DNA of 64,000 bases. Source: Truepera sp. (GTDB lineage Bacteria; Deinococcota; Deinococci; Deinococcales; Trueperaceae). The first letter of the stretch is position 1; each line of letters opens with the position of its first letter. Below, piece after piece: positions 1 to 10,449 of this stretch. The translations under genes were made by a program, and so were the position numbers. The stretch lies in contig CBDCKW010000009.1 in the NCBI GenBank assembly GCA_965218435.1, forward strand, positions 1,728,001 to 1,792,000, written 5' to 3'. The notes beneath the pieces are model-generated. The model searched no databases. It saw nothing but the letters and a program-made list of their open reading frames with translations, and had not been told where the DNA came from.

Positions 1-767
1 GTGTGGCTCCGCGTTGACTTGTCCTCTAAGTTCCCGTGGTCAGACGTTAACAAGAGCGTCGTATCACCGAGCGCCGAAATCACGCCAGCCAAAAAGCCGT
101 CGAGTTTTTCAACGAGCTTGACTGCTTCGGCAAAGGTCCAGCGGTGACCCGCAGTGTCTGAAAGCCAAAAGTCAAAAAAGGTCAGGTCGGCTTCGCCTGC
201 GAGCCGCGCCAGCCGTGCTCCGGCCTCAGCGAGTGACTGGGGTGCGCCCAAGTACTGCCCGTCGAGGTCGGCGCTGACGGCGTTTCCGGCGTCGTAGTCG
301 GCTTGCGTTAAAAGCCCTACCCCGGCCCGCTGCGCCGCGTAAACCGGGACATTGACCTTTTGCTTGCCCGTCTCGAGTGCCCGAAAGTAACCGGGCGGAA
401 AGGCGTTGGCGAGCACCACGCTGCCCCCGGTAGCGACGACTTCAGAGAAGATCGTGCCTTGCTCGAGCACGCGTTTAAGCGTCGGCCCCGGCCACGGCCC
501 GTAATGCCGCCCCATCAGCTCAGCCCCGTTCAGTCCTGTTAAAAGCGTCGTCTGACCCGTGGCAGACTGTGGTAACCCGTCTTGCGAGAGCGTCGCCGAG
601 AGAGGCCGGAACTGCAGGTTGGGCTGGTCAACAAGGGTCCGCTCAGCAGTCAGCGGGCCGCCGAGCAGAGACGAAAGAAATGGCGTTTGCGCCGCCGCGA
701 ACGGATTGACGGTCGGCTCGGACGTACCGAGCCCAACCCCGTCCAAAAAGAGAAAGAGAACGCTCAG
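1..767 (-). CDS. Metalloenzyme / cofactor-independent phosphoglycerate mutase-like (alkaline phosphatase superfamily) protein, 3' end outside window
   Basis: Not in ORF track. Manual translation gives (L)SVLFLFLDGVGLG...LPQSATGQT...DTAGH...TSDHGNLEDKSTRSHT, the metal-binding motifs of this superfamily. Probable CTG start at 767 overlaps the trpS TGA stop. Confidence 0.8.
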   Translation of the reverse strand, partial: MSVLFLFLDGVGLGTSEPTVNPFAAAQTPFLSSLLGGPLTAERTLVDQPNLQFRPLSATLSQDGLPQSATGQTTLLTGLNGAELMGRHYGPWPGPTLKRVLEQGTIFSEVVATGGSVVLANAFPPGYFRALETGKQKVNVPVYAAQRAGVGLLTQADYDAGNAVSADLDGQYLGAPQSLAEAGARLARLAGEADLTFFDFWLSDTAGHRWTFAEAVKLVEKLDGFLAGVISALGDTTLLLTSDHGNLEDKSTRSH

Positions 768-1801
768 CTCAGACCCGTAGCCGCGCGAACCCTAGTCATT
801 GTTGCAGCAGCAATCTCACGGGCACGTTCGGCGCTACTCTCTAAAATACGGTGCAACCCCGCCTCGTCCGCCATAATCTCGGCGTAACGCGTCTGCAAGG
901 GTTGAAGCGTCGCTAAAATCTCGCCGAGGAGCGCCTTCTTAAGTGCCCCGTAGCCCTGACCGTCAAGCTGCGCTTCGATGTCAGCCATTGGCATATCCGT
1001 CAGCACTTTGTAGAGCGACAAGAGATTTTTGACCCCTGGCGAGGCCGTCTCAAACCGGGTGTCGCGTCCCGAATCGGTCACCGCCGACATCACGGTTTTC
1101 TTGATCGTCTTTTCGTCATCGAGCAAGTTAACGGCGTGCCCCGGCTGCGTTACCGCGAGGCTTTTGCTCATCTTGACGGTGGGGTCGTCAAAACCCATCA
1201 CCCGCGCACCTTCTTCGGGAATGGTCGCGTTCGGCAACACGAAAGTCTCACCGAACATGTTGTTAAAACGCGTAGCGACGTCTCTGGTAAACTCGACGTG
1301 CTGGCGTTGGTCGTCACCGACCGGAACCGAAGTCGTGTCGTAGAGCAAGATGTCAGCGGCCATCAGCGTGGGGTAGGTTAAGAGCCCCGAACCGACACTC
1401 TCGCGCCCTTCGGATTTAGACTTAAACTGCGTCATCCGGTAAAGCCAACCGAGTGGGGTGAGGCAGTTCAAAACCCACGCGAGTTCGCTGTGTTCGCGCA
1501 CGTGCGACTGGATAAAGATCAGGTTCTTTTCGGGGTCGAGGCCCGCAGCGAGGTACAAGGCGGCGACCTCTAAAGACTTCTCCCGCAACACCGCCGGGTT
1601 GACCGCTTCAGGGACGGTTAAGGCGTGCAGGTCCACCACACAAAAGATGTTGTCAGCTTCGTCTTGGCGGGCGACCCAGCCTTTAAGTGCGCCCAAATAC
1701 GTGCCTAAATGCAGGTCGCCGGTCGGTTGGACGCCGGAAAAAACGCGGTTGCGCTTTTTGGCCACCTGAGAGGTAGAGATTTTTTCAGCAGCTTGCGTCA
1801 T
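764..1801 (-). CDS. trpS: Tryptophan--tRNA ligase
   Basis: FSGVQPTGDLHLGTY (HIGH-like), YPTLMAADILLY, VPVGDDQRQH and KMSKS motifs. Confidence 0.97.
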   Translation of the reverse strand: MTQAAEKISTSQVAKKRNRVFSGVQPTGDLHLGTYLGALKGWVARQDEADNIFCVVDLHALTVPEAVNPAVLREKSLEVAALYLAAGLDPEKNLIFIQSHVREHSELAWVLNCLTPLGWLYRMTQFKSKSEGRESVGSGLLTYPTLMAADILLYDTTSVPVGDDQRQHVEFTRDVATRFNNMFGETFVLPNATIPEEGARVMGFDDPTVKMSKSLAVTQPGHAVNLLDDEKTIKKTVMSAVTDSGRDTRFETASPGVKNLLSLYKVLTDMPMADIEAQLDGQGYGALKKALLGEILATLQPLQTRYAEIMADEAGLHRILESSAERAREIAAATMTRVRAATGLS

Positions 1802-1899
1802 AAGGTTAAGTATAAGACCTGAGCGAAAGTCAACGTGACGTTAGAGCGGTAGCGAGCCCAACCGGTCGGCATGTTTGTCCCAAGCCTTTGTAAAACGAC

Positions 1900-2640
1900 C
1901 TAAAGCTCAGCCGCCAACGCTTTAAGTTGCGTCCCACCGTCTTCGACCACACCACCGTGATAGGTCAAGACGGTTCCCACATCCAGCTTTGCCAGCTTAA
2001 CGACCGAAGCGTGCGCCTCGGCCATGTCAGGTGTAGCTCGTTCCGGCGGTCCCAGCAGCCGACCTTCTGAAGAGGCCAACGCGTCGCCACTGATCAGTAC
2101 GCGGCTCCGCTGCAAATACAAGCTGATATGACCCGGTGTGTGACCGGGCGTAAAGATTACCTGGACGCCGCCCCCTAGCTCGAGCCTCTCCCCGTCTTCT
2201 AACGTTCGGTTGACCGTGACAGGCGCAAGCGGCTGGCTAAACGCTTCACGTACCTGCGGCGGCAGGTTGGCGAACATAGCTTCGCGCTGCTCGGGTGAGG
2301 GCAGCTTGAGCAGCGGCAAGCGCCCTTCGATATAGGGTGCGTCGTCCGCGTGTGCCAGCACCTCAGCGCCGCTGACGCGGACGACCTCGGCGAGTGACCC
2401 GATGTGGTCGAGGTCTTGGTGAGTCAGAATAATGCGCTGCAGGTCCGTAACCTTTAGCTGCAGCTCGGCGAGCGCCGCTTCTAAAGCGTCCAACTGACCG
2501 GGCACGCCGGTATCTACCAACGTAGGGCCGTGCTGCTCATCTAAGATCAGCGCCAAATTGAGGGTCGTCGGGCCGTTCATCATCTCGGTGGTCAGCGGCA
2601 AAGCGTACAGGTCGTCACTAACTTTGACAGGTTTTGTCAT
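1900..2640 (-). CDS. MBL-fold metallo-hydrolase
   Basis: LVDTG, THQDLDHIGS, TPGHTPGH, SGDAL and YHG motifs; GGAGG-type RBS. Confidence 0.9.
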   Translation of the reverse strand: MTKPVKVSDDLYALPLTTEMMNGPTTLNLALILDEQHGPTLVDTGVPGQLDALEAALAELQLKVTDLQRIILTHQDLDHIGSLAEVVRVSGAEVLAHADDAPYIEGRLPLLKLPSPEQREAMFANLPPQVREAFSQPLAPVTVNRTLEDGERLELGGGVQVIFTPGHTPGHISLYLQRSRVLISGDALASSEGRLLGPPERATPDMAEAHASVVKLAKLDVGTVLTYHGGVVEDGGTQLKALAAEL

Positions 2641-2811
2641 GAGGTGCCTCCGCTACACACCATACGAGTTCTTTTAGCGCGTTCTGTTGCTCGGCCTTGC
2701 ATTTGTGGAGCCGTCTTTTTGCCTAACAGTGTCACACTTCTGAAAGATGCCCCTTCCCCAAGTGCGAGTTTAAGGGACAAACTTCCCGCATTTGAAGCCG
2801 TAAAATAAGGC

Positions 2812-3645
2812 ATGGTCAACCTGATGAGTTTGTGGCGGCTCGAGCCCCTTCCCATTGCAGCGACGCTCGTCGCGGTACTCTTTTACACGCTCGGTACCGG
2901 CCCGCTCAGAGCGCGCTTCTTTCCAGGTGAAGCCTACCCAACCAACAAAGCCGCGCTGTTTTACCTCAGCATGGCCCTGCTCACGCTGATTTTTGTCTCA
3001 CCGCTCCACACCATCGGTGAGCTGTTTTTACTCTCCGCTCACATGCTGACGATGATGCTCGTGATCTTTGTCGTCGCACCCATTTTTTTACTCGGCGTCC
3101 CCGGTTGGCTGATCGCGCCCGTGGCGCTCCACCCCATGATCAAACCGATCTTGCGCTTTTTTACGCGCCCGGTTGTAAACATCATCCACTTCAACCTGGC
3201 GTTTTTAATCATCCACATCCCTTTACTCCTCAAAACGCTGATGTTTACCGGCGATTTGCTGCACTATTACACGTATTTTGCGATCTTCGGCGCGGCCGTC
3301 CTGATGTGGTGGCCGGTGATGAACCCGCTTCCGGACGCACTTCCGAGCCCGTCATACAAAGTGCAGCTCATCTACTTAGTGGTGTTAATCTTCGCGCACA
3401 ACCCGTTTTCAACCATTTTTTCGTTTTCGACCGGCCTGATCTACCCGTGGTACGAACGCACCTCGCAGCTGGTCGGCGTTTCGGCGCTAAAAGACCAGCA
3501 GCTCGCCGGGGTGATTATGGGCGTGCTGTATATGACGGTTATGCTGATTGCGATTGGGACGGTGTTTGTGCGGTGGTTTAGTGGTCGGGGCGAGCCAACA
3601 CAGGCACTTGCGAGTGAAGGGGGGCTCGAGGCCGCTCACGACTAG
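2812..3645 (+). CDS. ctaG: Cytochrome c oxidase assembly protein, caa3-type CtaG family
   Basis: Multi-TM protein with SPL...LSAHM, WWPV and DQQLAGVIM motifs of the Caa3_CtaG family. Confidence 0.8.
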   Translation: MVNLMSLWRLEPLPIAATLVAVLFYTLGTGPLRARFFPGEAYPTNKAALFYLSMALLTLIFVSPLHTIGELFLLSAHMLTMMLVIFVVAPIFLLGVPGWLIAPVALHPMIKPILRFFTRPVVNIIHFNLAFLIIHIPLLLKTLMFTGDLLHYYTYFAIFGAAVLMWWPVMNPLPDALPSPSYKVQLIYLVVLIFAHNPFSTIFSFSTGLIYPWYERTSQLVGVSALKDQQLAGVIMGVLYMTVMLIAIGTVFVRWFSGRGEPTQALASEGGLEAAHD

Positions 3646-3820
3646 GTTGTATTAGCGTCTGCTCTTGTTATCCTGCTTTAAGTACGTGAGAGACGCTGGT
3701 TTCATTGTTTAGATAGCGGTTTAGTTAGCGCCTCCCTGCTTCCTGCTTGATTCTTGCTTTTTTGGTGTGACGCGCTGCTCACGACGCTCGCTGTCTTTAC
3801 AACGTCAACAGAACTTGGTT

Positions 3821-5344
3821 TTATTCTCCCTCGAGCACCCGCCTGCGCCGTTTGGTCACAACACTTACCACGAGCGGCGCGACCAGACTCGCCACGGTCA
3901 AGCCCCAAAAGGCCAGCGTGATAGGCCCGGTAAAAAAGGTGGTCCAGTCGCCGTTACTGAGCGCGAGCGCCCGCCGCAAGTTGACCTCCATGAGACTCCC
4001 CAGCACCAGCCCCAAAATAACCGGGGCCAGCGGAAACCCCGTTTTGCGCATCAGAAAGCCGAGCAAGCCGAAGCCGGTCATCAGTAAAAGGTCAAAGGCG
4101 CTGTTATTGACGGCGTAAACACCTACAAAGCTGAGGGTAGCGACGAGCGGCATCAGGACCCATTTGGGCACGAGCAGGATGCGTGCAAAGACACCGACCA
4201 GCGGCAAGTTGAGCACCAACAGCATGAGGTTGCCGATAAACATCGAGGCGGCCAGGCTCCAAAAGACGTCGGCGCGCGTTTCTAAAAAGAGCGGTCCCGG
4301 CGTTACGCCGAGGCTTAGCAGCGCCGCGAGCATCACCGCCGTCGTCCCACTCCCGGGTACGCCCAGGGTCAACATCGGGATAAACGCGCCCACCGCCGCC
4401 GAATTGTTGGCCGATTCGGGCGCAGCGACGCCGCGGATGTCACCCTTACCAAAGGTGTTGTGACGGTCAACCAGCTGCTTTTCGGAGGTGTAGGCGATAA
4501 AGCTGGCGATCGTCGCGCCCGCACCGGGCAAGACGCCGATCAGAAAACCCGAGATGTTGCCGCGCAGCATGGTGCCAAGGGCCGACCGAAACTCCTTCGC
4601 GCTTACAAAAACGCGCCCGATACGCGTTTCGACCTTCTCCTCGCCTTGGCCGCTCAGCCGCTCAACCAGCGCCTGAATCACCTCGCTGATGGCAAAAAAG
4701 CCGATGGTTACAACGACAAAATCCATACCGTCTAACAGCTGCAACTGCCCGAAGGTAAAACGCGGCACTGCGCCCTGAGAATCTAAGCCGACTGTCGAAA
4801 GAACCAGGCCGAACACGGCGGCGGCGATAGCTTTTAAGGTGCTGCCCCCGGTGAGACTCGAGAGTGACGAAAACGCAAAGATCATCAGTACGAAGTATTC
4901 TGCCGGACCAAACTTAATCGCCCACTGCGAGAGTAGCGGCGCGAGCAGCATCAGCCAAAAAATCGAGAGCGTCCCGCCAAAGAACGAGGCGATAGCCGAC
5001 ATCGCGAGTGCCGGTCCCGCACGTCCTTGCTGCGCCATCGGGTACCCGTCGAGCGCGGTTACAACCGCCGACGCGGTGCCGGGGACGTTAAGTAAAATCG
5101 TGCTGATCGAGTTGCCGTACTGCGAGCCGTAATAAATCCCGGCAAACATAATAAGCGCCGAGGTCACGGGCAAACCGAGCGCAAAGGTGATAGGAATTAG
5201 AATGGCAATGGCGTTGATCGGGCCGACACCCGGTAACATACCGATTACGGTGCCGAGAAACACCCCGATAAACGCAAGTAAAATATTGGTAGGTTGCAGC
5301 GCGATGGCAAAACCATTGCCCAAAAGTTGAAAGATTTCCGTCAC
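3821..5344 (-). CDS. tctA: Tripartite tricarboxylate transporter permease TctA
   Basis: GMLPGVG, YYGSQYG, PGTASA, DGYPMA, GPAEYF, APESANN and GVPGS motifs; operon with tctB/tctC. Confidence 0.95.
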   Translation of the reverse strand: MTEIFQLLGNGFAIALQPTNILLAFIGVFLGTVIGMLPGVGPINAIAILIPITFALGLPVTSALIMFAGIYYGSQYGNSISTILLNVPGTASAVVTALDGYPMAQQGRAGPALAMSAIASFFGGTLSIFWLMLLAPLLSQWAIKFGPAEYFVLMIFAFSSLSSLTGGSTLKAIAAAVFGLVLSTVGLDSQGAVPRFTFGQLQLLDGMDFVVVTIGFFAISEVIQALVERLSGQGEEKVETRIGRVFVSAKEFRSALGTMLRGNISGFLIGVLPGAGATIASFIAYTSEKQLVDRHNTFGKGDIRGVAAPESANNSAAVGAFIPMLTLGVPGSGTTAVMLAALLSLGVTPGPLFLETRADVFWSLAASMFIGNLMLLVLNLPLVGVFARILLVPKWVLMPLVATLSFVGVYAVNNSAFDLLLMTGFGLLGFLMRKTGFPLAPVILGLVLGSLMEVNLRRALALSNGDWTTFFTGPITLAFWGLTVASLVAPLVVSVVTKRRRRVLEGE

Positions 5345-5415
5345 GGTCGTACCTACCTTGATGAAATAGTCAAGCTACTACGTTTTTTACGGCCAGATAT
5401 TACAACCTAACGACG

Positions 5416-5901
5416 CTACCGCCCGCCGAAGATGCTGCCTACAGGCAGAGGAATACTAAGCCCAAAAACGAACAGAGCGTAGAGGCTTAAACTCACCAGC
5501 AAACCTGTTAGCAGAGCTTGCCAGAGCTTTGCGCCGAAGCGTTGGCTGATAAAGCCTGTTTCTAAGGTCGTCGCGGCGATAAAGCCGATAGGGATCAGAA
5601 GAAAAGCGTAGGCGACAAAACTCACTAACAAGAGCCCCGTGTTTAGCCAACCGCCGGGCGTAGGCCACCCTACCGTCTCGCTCGCCGGAGCCTCATCCGA
5701 GGAGTCGCTATCGGGCAACGCCTTGTTCGCCGAGGGTGAAAAGAAGATAGCGATACCCGTTAGACCCAAGATGACTGCCAAGAGCAGCGGAAAGCTCCTC
5801 GGTGTGATCGGGCCGGAACCGAAGCCGGATTTGAGGCCCAGCGCCTCAAATCCGTACCAGAGCGCAAACGCTAGGGTCAGTGCGCCCGTCACGCGGTTCA
5901 T
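5416..5901 (-). CDS. tctB: Tripartite tricarboxylate transporter TctB
   Basis: 4-TM protein with PRSFP and LFVFGLSIPLP; lies between tctC and tctA. Confidence 0.9.
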   Translation of the reverse strand: MNRVTGALTLAFALWYGFEALGLKSGFGSGPITPRSFPLLLAVILGLTGIAIFFSPSANKALPDSDSSDEAPASETVGWPTPGGWLNTGLLLVSFVAYAFLLIPIGFIAATTLETGFISQRFGAKLWQALLTGLLVSLSLYALFVFGLSIPLPVGSIFGGR

Positions 5902-6869
5902 TCCTGGATGAGCCCCAGCTGCTGCGAAATCTCCTGTATCTGAGCGACCTGCTCGTCAACAAACGTGGTAAAGTCCGCGCCGAAACTCTCGAAAGCCGAC
6001 AGACCGTTTTGCTCGCGCAGCGTCGCCCACTCTTTAGAGTCAGCCACCTTACGCACCGCCTCGACCCAGTAGTCGTACGCCTCATCCGAGATGCCGGGGG
6101 GCGCGTAAAACGCACGCCAGTTGGTGCCGTCAACCTTATACCCGGCTTCTTGAGCGGTGGGGACATCCCCCAGCGCGTCAATCCGGTCAGGCCCGAGAAT
6201 ACCCAGCACCCGGATGTTCCCCGCTTCAACCTGGCTTAAAACCTCAGACGCGTCGCCGGTAAAGGCCGTCACGCGTCCGCCGATCAGCTCGACCATCGCC
6301 GCGCCGCCGCCATCAAAAGCGATATAACGAACCGCTTTGAGGTCGTCTATACCCGCCGCCCGCGCCAGCAAGAGCACTTTAAGGTGATCCCAACCACCCG
6401 TGGCGCTGCCCCCGGCAAAGGTAACGTCACCCGGAGAGGTTTTCATCGCCTGGACAAAATCCTTCAGGTTCTGATAAGGCGAGTCTGCAGCGACGGCGAT
6501 GACGCCGAAGTCCGCGCCGACCGCGCCGAGCCAGCGCACGTCCGCCGCGCTAAATCCGGCGTAGACGTTTTGCGCCAAGCGCGTCGCGGTCGAGGTGCTC
6601 CCGGCTACGATCAGGTTGTCGTCACCCTTGCGCTGGGTCACGATATTGGCAAAGGCGATACCGCCACCGCCACCGGCCATATTGGTGACCTGCATCGTAC
6701 CGGGGATAAGCCCCAACTCTTTCATCACCTGAGCGCCGGGGATGCGGCAGGTAAAGTCCCAACCGCCACCGGGGTCTGCCGGGGCGATACACTGCGTATT
6801 TTTCGGTTCAAACTGAGCCAGCGCGGTGCTGGCGACGAAGACCAAGCCTAAAATCCATAAACGCTTCAT
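5898..6869 (-). CDS. tctC: Tripartite tricarboxylate transporter substrate-binding protein TctC
   Basis: Signal peptide, PADPGGGWD, NMAGGGGGIA and VPTAQEAG; RBS AGGAGG. Confidence 0.93.
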   Translation of the reverse strand: MKRLWILGLVFVASTALAQFEPKNTQCIAPADPGGGWDFTCRIPGAQVMKELGLIPGTMQVTNMAGGGGGIAFANIVTQRKGDDNLIVAGSTSTATRLAQNVYAGFSAADVRWLGAVGADFGVIAVAADSPYQNLKDFVQAMKTSPGDVTFAGGSATGGWDHLKVLLLARAAGIDDLKAVRYIAFDGGGAAMVELIGGRVTAFTGDASEVLSQVEAGNIRVLGILGPDRIDALGDVPTAQEAGYKVDGTNWRAFYAPPGISDEAYDYWVEAVRKVADSKEWATLREQNGLSAFESFGADFTTFVDEQVAQIQEISQQLGLIQE

Positions 6870-6981
6870 GACGCCTCCTTGGGGTACTGAAATATACTTC
6901 AGGATTACAGTTGAGCTTTTAGGAGCCTATCAGATACGCTAGAGATATGCAACGCTTGACCAACTTTGGAGCCGCCCACGA

Positions 6982-7279
6982 TCAGCTTTTGTAGCTCTGA
7001 TTGATTGCGTAGAGAGAAAGCCTTACAGCTGCGCAAATGAGTATGACCGAGAGCTGAGAATTGCTCCACAGAATTCGAGTCGGATTGTCCAGTGGATTTT
7101 CTAGGTCTACAAGGTAAGGAAACGGCGGGCTGTCCGGCATACCGATACAGGCTGCTCGAGTCCTGCACAATAAAGTAAACCAGAAGCCTAAGTTTAACCT
7201 GTCCAAGCTCCGCCCGGTCATCAACTTGGGTCGGAACAGCCAAAGAACCCAGCACGAGCCAAACAGCCACGAAAAGCAT
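6982..7279 (-). pseudogene. Probable frameshifted small membrane protein
   Basis: Hydrophobic N-terminus MLFVAVWLVLGSLAVP...VYFIVQDSS in one frame appears to continue as PPFPYLVDLENPLDNPTRILWSN plus a TM segment in another frame. Confidence 0.35.
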
Positions 7280-7351
7280 AGCCACCTCTTTGACGGTACC
7301 TTTCAGTACAACCATGTCTTATACTCCTAGCAGTCGCTACCGGTAAAGCAG

Positions 7352-8857
7352 TTAGGGAAGCTCGAGCACCCCCAGCCCCAACTCCCCTAACGTCAAGGTC
7401 TCCCCCACCGTTTGCCCGGTCAAAAGCTCCGTTGCACCCACATAACTTGACGTATCAACCTGCGTCTCATCGTCAAAGTTTGCCAAAATGACGACTTGTT
7501 CACCCCCAAACTCGCGGACAAACTTGAGCACTGACTGGTTAGCTTGAGGGACTAATCTGAGCGTCCCTTGTGACAGTGCCGCGTGCGTATTGCGCAGGGC
7601 GATAAGCTTTTTGTACCAGTTCAAAACCGAATTTGGGTCGGCGGCTTCAGCCTTGACAGTAAGCGTTTTATCGTCGGAGGAAAAGGCGTACCAGGGCGTT
7701 CCCGTCGTAAAGCCGAAGCTCGCGGACGTGTCCCACGGCATCGGCGTGCGTTTTTCTTCGTCGGCATCGCCGGAACCGTTGGGAAGTCCGAGTTCTTCAC
7801 CGTAGTAGATAAACGGCGTTCCCGGCAAGGTCAACAGGAGTCCGGCGGCGAGTTTAAGCCGCGCCTCGTCACGTTTTAAGAAGCCTAAGGCCGTACCGGG
7901 CCGAATCTGGTCATGGTTGGAGATAAAGGTCGCCTGATGTGCGGAGGCGGGATAGAGGGCGTTGTCTTGCGCCAAAACATCTATCAGCGCCCCCGGTTTG
8001 CGGTCTTGTACGGATTCTATCAGCGCCGAAAAGAGCGGATAATTAAACGCGTAGTCGAGTCCGGTGCGCTCAAAGTAGCGCGCAATCGTCTCGGTATCCG
8101 TCCAGGTTTCACCGACCAAATAAGCGTCCGGGTTGACGGCGTGGATAAACTTTTCAAACCGCCCCACCCACGCGAAGTTTTCCGGGGTGTTGGCAAACGC
8201 GCCGGTTGAACTCTCGATGATGTGCTGAATGGCGTCTACCCGAAAGCCGTCTACGCCGAGCCCCAGCCAATACCGCGCCACGCCCTCCATCTCCTGCATC
8301 ACCGCCGGATTGCAGTAGTTGAGGTCGGGCATCTCGCTCCAGAAAAGACCCAGGTAGTACGATCCGTCAGGAGCTTGATGCCACGCAGGGCCGCCCAGAC
8401 CGCGCCAACCGGGATCGGTCTTAGAAAAACTATAAAATTTGCGATATTTGGGATTGCCCGCCTCCGCTTGTAAAAACCACGGATGCTGTGACGAGGTGTG
8501 GTTAACAACCAAATCCATCACCACGTCCATGTTGCGTTCGTGGGCAGCGGCTACAAAAGCTTTGAAGTCTGCCAGCGTCCCGTAGTCGGGGTTGACGCCC
8601 TTATAATCGGTCACGTCGTAGCCGTGGTAGCTCGGTGACGGGTGCAGGGGCATCAGCCAAATCCCGCCGACGCCTAAACCTTGCAAATAGTCGAGCCGCT
8701 GCGTTGCGCCTTTAAGGTCGCCTACGCCGTCGCCGTTACTGTCTTGAAACGAACGCAAAAAGATTTCGTAAAAGACGGTGCCTTCGGCGGGCCGAGCGTG
8801 AGCCGCGCCCCCAAGACCCATAACGAGCGCCAGCCAGACCAACAGATGTTTTGTCAT
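7352..8857 (-). CDS. Secreted alpha-amylase family (GH13) glycoside hydrolase
   Basis: Signal peptide; FQDSNGDGVGD, YHGYDVTDY, DLVVNH, DGFRVDA, VGE, SNHD and YYGEE motifs. Confidence 0.93.
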   Translation of the reverse strand: MTKHLLVWLALVMGLGGAAHARPAEGTVFYEIFLRSFQDSNGDGVGDLKGATQRLDYLQGLGVGGIWLMPLHPSPSYHGYDVTDYKGVNPDYGTLADFKAFVAAAHERNMDVVMDLVVNHTSSQHPWFLQAEAGNPKYRKFYSFSKTDPGWRGLGGPAWHQAPDGSYYLGLFWSEMPDLNYCNPAVMQEMEGVARYWLGLGVDGFRVDAIQHIIESSTGAFANTPENFAWVGRFEKFIHAVNPDAYLVGETWTDTETIARYFERTGLDYAFNYPLFSALIESVQDRKPGALIDVLAQDNALYPASAHQATFISNHDQIRPGTALGFLKRDEARLKLAAGLLLTLPGTPFIYYGEELGLPNGSGDADEEKRTPMPWDTSASFGFTTGTPWYAFSSDDKTLTVKAEAADPNSVLNWYKKLIALRNTHAALSQGTLRLVPQANQSVLKFVREFGGEQVVILANFDDETQVDTSSYVGATELLTGQTVGETLTLGELGLGVLELP

Positions 8858-8875
8858 AACTGAGTTTAGCAGCCT

Positions 8876-9499
8876 TTAACAGTTCTCGGCTGCGGGCGTT
8901 TCGGTACGCTTAACTGACGGAGCCAAGAGCTCGAGCGCCCCCCGATACCGCCCCTCGATCAGCGTTTTGGCTTCAGGCAGAAGTTTTTGGTAGCTACGCT
9001 CCAGCTTCGCCCGAACCCACGCAGTGCCCTCGTCTATGTCCAACCCTTTACGAATATACGCGAGGTGTAAAAGCGACGGCACCTGCAAGATATGCGCCGC
9101 CGCGTCAGCCGAGGCGAGTACACGGGCCTCGAGCGTCTGTGGCTCTAACTGTGGCTTAAGGTTTTGACTGGCCCGGTGAGTCAAGATACAGGCGGCGACC
9201 CGTTCAACCCGAGCTTCGGGGTAGTTCAGTGTTTTTAAGAGCTCTCGAGCCAAAGCCGCGCCGTGCAGGTGGTGGTCGGGCTCGAGCCTTACATCTTTAA
9301 TTCCGGCGTAATCGTGCAGCAAAGCGGCGAGTTCAACGATTTCAACATCGGCTCCGGTTGAGTCAGCCAGCTCACGGCCGAACCGCACCACGCTCACCAG
9401 GTGGTGCGTCCAGATGCCGTAACCAAAGGTGTTCGCCGGGGCCGCGCACGCCGCTTCGACGAGTTTGCTGACAGCAGCGACGATCTCAGATTCACGCAT
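8876..9499 (-). CDS. HD-domain metal-dependent phosphohydrolase
   Basis: HH..SV, LAALLHD, H...GA, ILTHR and SADA motifs; start placed at MRESEIV. Confidence 0.85.
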   Translation of the reverse strand: MRESEIVAAVSKLVEAACAAPANTFGYGIWTHHLVSVVRFGRELADSTGADVEIVELAALLHDYAGIKDVRLEPDHHLHGAALARELLKTLNYPEARVERVAACILTHRASQNLKPQLEPQTLEARVLASADAAAHILQVPSLLHLAYIRKGLDIDEGTAWVRAKLERSYQKLLPEAKTLIEGRYRGALELLAPSVKRTETPAAENC

Positions 9500-9582
9500 G
9501 AGGCATTTTACATAGCATCTCATCCGGCACAAAAGGTCACCTGACAGGGGCTTCTAATCTACTTGGTGATACGCTTTGGCCT

Positions 9583-10449
9583 ATGAAGACGCCTTTCAAG
9601 ACGCCTATCAAAACCTGGCACATGGCGCTGCTCCTGAGTTTGGCGCTCGCGGGTTGCGGCGATCTCAATACCCCCGGTGATCCGCTCGTGTTATTTGCCT
9701 CGACGGTTAAACCGGCCTACCTAAACGAAGACTACACCTTTGACTTTGTAGTCTCGGGTGGGCTGGCTCCCTACAATTTCGAGATGCGTGACGGCAAGAT
9801 GCCCCCCGGCCTAAAGCTGGAAAACGGCTCACTCAGCGGCACCCCGACGCGAGCAGGCAACTACACCTTTACCCTGCAGGTCAGTGACGCGAGCTTGTCA
9901 CGGACCGTCGAAGATTTTACCGTTGAGGTTACCAAAGCGCCGCCCGCAGAACTCGTCTTAAACGTCCCGCCGACGACGATTGCCGACGCGGTGCGGATTC
10001 CCATCAGTGTGCAGGAGGCCCGAAACTTGCAGGCGCTCAGGACGCAGATTACCTGGGACGACACCTTATTTAAGTTTGTCGGCGGCAGCGTCCGCTCAGC
10101 GCAGGGCAGCTTGGCGCTGTTGCAGCAGGCCAAACCGGGACAACTCAACGTAGACGCGGCCTTTTTAGGGCCGAGCTTAAACGGCGACGCGGAGCTGTTT
10201 TCGTTCGAGTTGCGGCCTACCGAACCCAATACGCTGACGCTCGAGGCCCGCACCGAATACCGCACCAGGGACGGGACCCACGGGTTCTCGAGCACCCAAG
10301 ACAGCGCCACCCCCCAAGACACCCTGAACAATCAGACAGGCACCGACCTGAACGGCACCGGAACAGGTTCAACCGGCGGCACCCAAAACGGCGGCTCGCC
10401 AAACGGTACACCTACAGACACTTTACCCGGAGGAGGTTCAACCCCATGA
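9583..10449 (+). CDS. Lipoprotein with putative Ig (He_PIG-like) domain, cohesin-like domain and G/T-rich tail
   Basis: Lipobox LALAGC; GGLAPY...PPGLKL..GSLSGTPTRAGNYTFTLQVSD (Ig); VRIPISV...LRTQITWDDTLFKF...NGDAELFSFELR (cohesin-like pattern). Confidence 0.7.
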   Translation: MKTPFKTPIKTWHMALLLSLALAGCGDLNTPGDPLVLFASTVKPAYLNEDYTFDFVVSGGLAPYNFEMRDGKMPPGLKLENGSLSGTPTRAGNYTFTLQVSDASLSRTVEDFTVEVTKAPPAELVLNVPPTTIADAVRIPISVQEARNLQALRTQITWDDTLFKFVGGSVRSAQGSLALLQQAKPGQLNVDAAFLGPSLNGDAELFSFELRPTEPNTLTLEARTEYRTRDGTHGFSSTQDSATPQDTLNNQTGTDLNGTGTGSTGGTQNGGSPNGTPTDTLPGGGSTP

